Shown: positions 48,365-52,604 of the stretch, in pieces
Layout of the letters: the number at the start of each line of letters is the position of its first letter
How positions within the stretch are numbered: the first letter of the stretch is position 1
DNA from: Candidatus Margulisiibacteriota bacterium
Lineage (GTDB): Bacteria; Margulisbacteria; WOR-1; O2-12-FULL-45-9
Length of the DNA stretch: 52,604 nucleotides
Reading direction: 5' to 3'
Assembly (NCBI GenBank): GCA_034723395.1
Contig: JAYEOW010000006.1
Coordinates: 1-52,604 of the forward strand
The notes under the pieces: model-generated
The model's database searches: none
Told to the model about the DNA's origin: nothing
The model's input: only the letters and a program-made list of their open reading frames with translations
Made by a program: the position numbers and the translations under genes

Positions 48365-48769
48365 CTATCCTTTAATTTTTGCGCGCACATCAAAAACCGG
48401 CGGATTATATAAATGTTTCGTAACCGCACACAGCTCCGCCGCTTTTACAACTGCTTCCTTATATTTTACCGGAAAACCAGAAGGGAGCTGAATTTCTATT
48501 TTAATTTTGCCGATCATCCTGGACTTTTTATCTCTTTCTGTGTTTAAAATCAATTTGATTTTACCAGAAGGTATATTACGTTCCTGGCAAAATCTCAAGA
48601 CATAAATACCGGCGCAGGTCCCCAGGGAAGCTAGAAACAGATCGAAGGGAGCCGGAGCCGAACCTTCCCCTCCGGCATATATCGCCTGGTCCGTCTGGAT
48701 AGTAAAACCCTTATAGAGCGCGTTTACTTTTCGACCGCCGGGAAAAACAATTTCCATATCCTTCTTCAT
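48365..48769 (-). CDS. OsmC family protein
   Basis: PAPFDLFLASLGTC, CAVTKHL. Confidence 0.9.
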   Translation of the reverse strand: MKKDMEIVFPGGRKVNALYKGFTIQTDQAIYAGGEGSAPAPFDLFLASLGTCAGIYVLRFCQERNIPSGKIKLILNTERDKKSRMIGKIKIEIQLPSGFPVKYKEAVVKAAELCAVTKHLYNPPVFDVRAKIKG

Positions 48770-48787
48770 AATTCGGCTAAAATTCCC

Positions 48788-49156
48788 TTACCCTCCCGTT
48801 CCAAAATGTCCCGGGACCGATGGCCCGGAATTTTCCTTATATTTTCCTTCTTTAAATTGTTGGACTACATCTTTTATTGTTCCGGCCGCACCGATATAAA
48901 CCTTAATTCCCAGAGAAGCCAGGGTTTGGGAAGCGTTTGGCCCGACATTCCCGGTTAAAACCGCATCCGCCCCTTCATTAGCTACCAACTGGGCAGATTG
49001 TATCCCGGCACCTCCGCTTGCCCCTGCGCTTGGGTTGGAAACAGCTTTAAATTCCAACGAATCCGTATCTACTATTATAAAATAAGGGCATCTTCCAAAC
49101 CTCGCATCTACATTTGCATCCAAATTATCTCCCGTCGATGTTACGCATATTTTCAT
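48788..49156 (-). CDS. NifB/NifX family protein (Orange-protein-like)
   Basis: RFGRCPYF, GGAGIQSAQ, TGNVGPNA. Confidence 0.92.
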   Translation of the reverse strand: MKICVTSTGDNLDANVDARFGRCPYFIIVDTDSLEFKAVSNPSAGASGGAGIQSAQLVANEGADAVLTGNVGPNASQTLASLGIKVYIGAAGTIKDVVQQFKEGKYKENSGPSVPGHFGTGG

Positions 49157-49170
49157 TACTAACTCCTTTT

Positions 49171-49548
49171 TTACGAATGTTCACACTCTGTCTTATCAAT
49201 TCCGTAACCTTTTCCTGCTCCCGGATTACAAAGGGATCCCCCCCCCTTAAGCGTGCCGGCTACCGTCTCTTTTATGATATCTTCTATACTGCCGTCCACC
49301 CCAAGGATGGTTTTTATCCCCTGCTCGGTAAAAAGATCCTGGGCGCGATGCCCCATTCCACCAGCGATTATACAACTAACCCCATTTTCGTGCAAAAACT
49401 TGGGGAGGAAACCGGGATGGTGCCCCGGGTTGGGGATCACACTTCTGTTTTTCAACTTATTATCCTCGATCTCTATTATCGTAAACTCGGGGCACCGGCC
49501 AAAATGGGCCGATAACATTCCATTATCGGTCGAAATAGCTATCTTCAT
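49171..49548 (-). CDS. NifB/NifX family protein
   Basis: MKIAIST start at 49548, AHFGRC, PGHHPG, IAGGMG. Confidence 0.9.
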   Translation of the reverse strand: MKIAISTDNGMLSAHFGRCPEFTIIEIEDNKLKNRSVIPNPGHHPGFLPKFLHENGVSCIIAGGMGHRAQDLFTEQGIKTILGVDGSIEDIIKETVAGTLKGGGSLCNPGAGKGYGIDKTECEHS

Positions 49549-49565
49549 CTTTTCCTCCCGGTTAA

Positions 49566-49802
49566 TTATCTTCCAAATCCGCGGCCAAAGCCTCTCCCCA
49601 TTCCTCTTCCTCCTCCTCTTCCTCGTCCCCCTCCTCTTCCCCATCCACGTCCAAATCTCCTTGCCCATCCCCAAAAACCTGACGGTGGTGTATCCGCAGG
49701 CTGGTTTTCTTCTCCCTCTTTGCGGGGCTGGCCACAAGATCCCATTCCCCAGCCTGTCATTGGCCCTTCTCCTCTTGGTCCGGTCCTATCTCCTCCTGGC
49801 AT
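49566..49802 (-). CDS. DUF5320 family Gly/Arg-rich protein
   Basis: MPGGDRTGPRGEGPMTGWGMGSC. Confidence 0.88.
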   Translation of the reverse strand: MPGGDRTGPRGEGPMTGWGMGSCGQPRKEGEENQPADTPPSGFWGWARRFGRGWGRGGGRGRGGGRGMGRGFGRGFGR

Positions 49803-49808
49803 AATTTT

Positions 49809-50447
49809 TCACCTCCTTCCTTTCTTTTTTGCCACATAAACTAAATGGCAATGTTCTTCAAATCTTTTAACAGAAAAACCATGCTCTTTAAGGTATACTC
49901 CTACAATATCAAAGTTTCCGCGCTTTTCTTCGTGCTCCCGGCCTTCGTCCCGATGAATTTTCCTTACGATCCCAAAGCCCTCTTTATTAAAATCCGCTAC
50001 CACTAGCTTACCTCCGCAAACACGGATCATCTCTTTTAAGACCGCGAAGGGATATTCGAAATGGTGAAAGGCATTTGATGAGATAACCAGATCAAACTTA
50101 TTTTCGGAATAGGGGAGTTTCGCCGCATCACAAACGTTAAATCTTATCCTGTCCAACACTCCTTCAGCTGCGGCATTCAGAGCGGCAAATTTTTGTTCTT
50201 CCTTGGATATATCCACGGTAATTATATTTTCAGCTTTCTTTGCCAGCAAGGCAGTCAGCGATCCTTTCCCGGTACCAATCTCCAGTATCTTCCCCTTGAT
50301 CGGACCGGCTTTTTGGATAATGGATTTTCGGCTTTTAACTTGGTCGTATCCATAATCTCTGTATAGGGAAACCCGTTCAAAAAATTTCTTTTTATTCTCT
50401 TCAATTTCAGATGTATTTAATTTTATATATTTCCCCTTTGTCTCCAT
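49809..50447 (-). CDS. Class I SAM-dependent methyltransferase
   Basis: ILEIGTGKG, LPYSENKFD, AFHHF. Confidence 0.9.
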   Translation of the reverse strand: METKGKYIKLNTSEIEENKKKFFERVSLYRDYGYDQVKSRKSIIQKAGPIKGKILEIGTGKGSLTALLAKKAENIITVDISKEEQKFAALNAAAEGVLDRIRFNVCDAAKLPYSENKFDLVISSNAFHHFEYPFAVLKEMIRVCGGKLVVADFNKEGFGIVRKIHRDEGREHEEKRGNFDIVGVYLKEHGFSVKRFEEHCHLVYVAKKKGRR

Positions 50448-50773
50448 CTTCTACCCCTTCCTTGAAAAAAACGCGGCGGATGCATAATATGCTCCCCACC
50501 GATCACCTGCAGCGCTTTCGCGTTTAAAACCATATCCAGCAGCTTTTTTCTCCCGGCATAGAGCAATCTCTGGACGGTCCCCCGGGAGATATTCATTTTT
50601 TTAGCGGCTTCCTCCTGGTCCAGATCTTCAGAATCACACAACCGCATTGCTTCCAACTCGTCCCGGCCGAGATCGATAATTCGTAAAGCCTGCATGGGAA
50701 ATCCCTGGGGCTTAAAAAATCTCCCTCCTTCAAAAGGATGGCAAAATCTCCACTTCCTTCGTCTGGGGGACAT
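50423..50773 (-). CDS. DUF134 (UPF0251) predicted DNA-binding protein
   Basis: FKPQG, DELEAMRLCD, QEEAAKKMNISRGT. Confidence 0.92.
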   Translation of the reverse strand: MSPRRRKWRFCHPFEGGRFFKPQGFPMQALRIIDLGRDELEAMRLCDSEDLDQEEAAKKMNISRGTVQRLLYAGRKKLLDMVLNAKALQVIGGEHIMHPPRFFQGRGRRWRQRGNI

Positions 50774-50825
50774 TAGCTTTTTCCCCTCTGATATCCCGAT
50801 ACCCTGACAATCTGATAATCCATTC

Positions 50826-50867
50826 TGTGCATATGCACATTATAGCATCAGAAAAAAACCATGTCAA
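50826..50867 (-). promoter_or_regulatory. Consensus sigma-70 promoter with operator palindrome
   Basis: TTGACA(50867-50862)-N17-TATAAT(50844-50839); TGTGCATATGCACA at 50826-50839. Confidence 0.85.
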
Positions 50868-50872
50868 TATAT

Positions 50873-51244
50873 TTAATGGCGGGTATATTTCTTTAATTTT
50901 GATAAAGTCTGGGGACTGACCACATGTTCTATCTTACAGGCATCTTCTTCGGCAATGTCCTCATCGACACCTAAAACTCCACGCAAAAAGTTATATAAAA
51001 TTTTGTGACGACTATATATGCTTTGAGCTAAGAGAGATCCCTTCCGGGTTAAAGTAACAAACTCGTATTTTTGATAATTTACGAGTTTCGCTCCTTTAAG
51101 CTTTCTCAAGATCTCGGTAACACTAGGCATTTTAATTTTCATTTTACCCGCTATATCTCTCACATGAGCATGTCCATGCTCTTTTTCCAAGAGATAAATC
51201 ATTTCTAAATAGTCCTCTATATGCGAAGTTAATTTCTTGGGCAT
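50873..51244 (-). CDS. DtxR/MntR family metal-dependent repressor
   Basis: EDYLEMIY, PSVTEIL, AEEDACKIEHVVS. Confidence 0.93.
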   Translation of the reverse strand: MPKKLTSHIEDYLEMIYLLEKEHGHAHVRDIAGKMKIKMPSVTEILRKLKGAKLVNYQKYEFVTLTRKGSLLAQSIYSRHKILYNFLRGVLGVDEDIAEEDACKIEHVVSPQTLSKLKKYTRH

Positions 51245-51247
51245 AAA

Positions 51248-51261
51248 TTAGGAATCCCTAA
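51248..51261. promoter_or_regulatory. DtxR-type operator
   Basis: TTAGG-AATC-CCTAA directly upstream of the regulator ATG. Confidence 0.7.
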
Positions 51262-51297
51262 CAATAATATAGCAAATCTTTGGTCCGACTTCAAATC

Positions 51298-51331
51298 AAA
51301 AAGGGGCGGATTGATTAAACAACCCACCCCT
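51298..51331 (-). terminator. Rho-independent terminator
   Basis: AGGGGTGGGTTG/CAATCCGCCCCT stem (G-U pairs) plus U-run. Confidence 0.65.
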
Positions 51332-51344
51332 AGACTAAGTAGGC

Positions 51345-51810
51345 TTACAAAGCTATCTCCATCCCCGCATAGATTATCCGGCCATGGGCAGGCGCGTACA
51401 TAAACGCCGCGTCGTCCGGATGTTTTTCCGGCTGCACATAACTTAACAAATTGCGTATTCCAGCATAAATAGTCTGTTCCTTTGACAGCTTCCTATTCAC
51501 CTTGGTATTGATGATCCAATAAGGCTCTGTTTTCACGATCTTGCTGGCCGGGTCCGCAACATAATCAACTGAAAAATTCGCGCTAACCGATTTTTCGGGT
51601 CGAAGGTCTGCTGACTTGTATACTCTGGGCGATCCGCTACAAAGGTGTAGATCCTCGCTAAAGCCGTAAGGAACACGGAAACCGGTACCGGCGCTGGCCC
51701 TAATTGTCATATTAGGAGAAGTCTCCATTTTAAACGCCAAACGCGGGCTTAAAGCCCCTTCCTTTCACCGTAAATAAACCAACCAATAATAAAACCGCTA
51801 CTTTCTTCAT
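51345..51810 (-). pseudogene. TonB-dependent receptor remnant
   Basis: MKKVAVFIIG start, then out of frame LSPRLAF..RASAGTGFRVP..LRPEKS..GIRNLL..GRIIYAGMEIAL; under 0.5 kb in total. Confidence 0.8.
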
Positions 51811-51842
51811 TTCCTTTTCCCTCCTTTATTTATTATCCACTT

Positions 51843-51865
51843 GTTAGGCTCTCCTAACTATTATA
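51843..51865 (-). promoter_or_regulatory. DtxR-type operator next to a -10 box
   Basis: GTTAGG-CTCT-CCTAAC (51843-51858); TATAAT at 51865-51860. Confidence 0.7.
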
Positions 51866-51963
51866 TTAAAAAAAACACCCCCTTTAAATAATTTTATAAA
51901 CAATATCGATAACTACTGGTAAGCTATTATCCTTAAACTGCTCTGGCATGGGCATAAAAGGAG

Positions 51964-52033
51964 CCCAGCACCTTTTCACTTTTCCTACCCTTTTAAAAAG
52001 GTGCGGGGTTTAAGTGAGCCCGTAGGGCGAACC
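51964..52033. repeat. Palindromic repeat pair
   Basis: CCCAGCACCTTTT...AAAAGGTGCGGG followed by TGAGCCCGTAGGGCGAA. Confidence 0.65.
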
Positions 52034-52073
52034 TTTTATGCTGCGTTACCTGATGTGTTCTTAAATTCTTCAA

Positions 52074-52508
52074 TTAAAAAAACAAAAATTTGTCCTTAAT
52101 CCCCAGCATTTTTCTGTATGGTTTAAACTTAGCGGAATCCATAAAGTTTGCAACATCTGAGGCAAAGCGTGGCTCACTAGTATACTCTTCTTTTGTTTTT
52201 TGAATAGCCTTTACTATAACTTTTTTTTGCCCAATACAAGCATTTTCTATCTCAGAAATATCCATATCTGGTGTGTCAACCTTGAATAACTTTACTTCAA
52301 GTTTTATAATAAAATCGATTAAAGCTTCTTCCTTGGATGAAACTGATTTTTGAGCTATATCAATTATTTCTTGCAGATTAATTGTTTGATCCATAAAAAT
52401 ATAAACTAGTGCGTCTAATATTCCAGCTGCAGCTAACAAAGAAGTTTCATTATTAAATTTATCTTTGTAATTTTTAGTGTTAGTGTCAAGTAGAGTGTGC
52501 ACTTTCAT
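52074..52508 (-). CDS. Hypothetical protein, AT-rich
   Basis: ORF with GAGGT SD before ATG 52508; no recognisable motif; the frame is also open to the window edge. Confidence 0.6.
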   Translation of the reverse strand: MKVHTLLDTNTKNYKDKFNNETSLLAAAGILDALVYIFMDQTINLQEIIDIAQKSVSSKEEALIDFIIKLEVKLFKVDTPDMDISEIENACIGQKKVIVKAIQKTKEEYTSEPRFASDVANFMDSAKFKPYRKMLGIKDKFLFF

Positions 52509-52604
52509 CGCAAACCTCACCTTATTTCCTTCTCGCTTTAGACCGGAACCAGTTCCTTTAATGGCCTGAGCGGAGGAAGAATCTTTGCGCCAGCCGTCGA
52601 CCTT

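Noticed and set aside
48788..49548. Nitrogen fixation genes
   Set aside because: NifB/NifX-family and NifU/NifS-like genes occur without nifHDK; these families are common in non-diazotrophs
49549..49737. Arg-rich N-terminal extension of the NifB/NifX protein
   Set aside because: It is an alternate frame of the DUF5320 gene; the real start is MKIAIST at 49548 with a GGGAGG SD
52538..52604. 3' end of an upstream minus-strand gene (…KILPPLRPLKELVPV*)
   Set aside because: Too short to support a call

Overview
Chromosomal window from an anaerobic, diderm bacterium (TolC, TonB-receptor remnant, class III RNR). The lineage cannot be fixed from sequence alone; a Margulisbacteria/Saganbacteria-like candidate phylum is a low-confidence guess. 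Almost all genes are on the minus strand. In order: a MacAB-TolC-type efflux operon; a broken Fic gene; a TPR gene with a 102/306-bp repeat hierarchy plus a decayed paralog; a small-protein/nucleotidyltransferase module; housekeeping genes (metH, rimI, tsaBE, folKP, tilS, nadA, mnmA, iscRSU, larE-like, bioY, metWXY, cysK); and a ~19-kb co-oriented block led by DUF134 (NifB/NifX, Mrp, MinD-ferredoxin ATPases, nrdG/nrdD and others) containing several genes with internal deletions. The most unusual locus is 17109-17450. There a tRNA(CAT) gene is split into four pieces by five TCCCGA...TCGGGA hairpin inserts, and the middle insert carries a second, different, intact tRNA(CAT) between its paired arms. 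Other signals: a displaced copy of the metH 3' end flanking the nucleotidyltransferase module, a 1-nt poly-A fusion in a second such module, in-frame repeat insertions in core enzymes, and clear operator palindromes for IscR, DtxR and DUF134.
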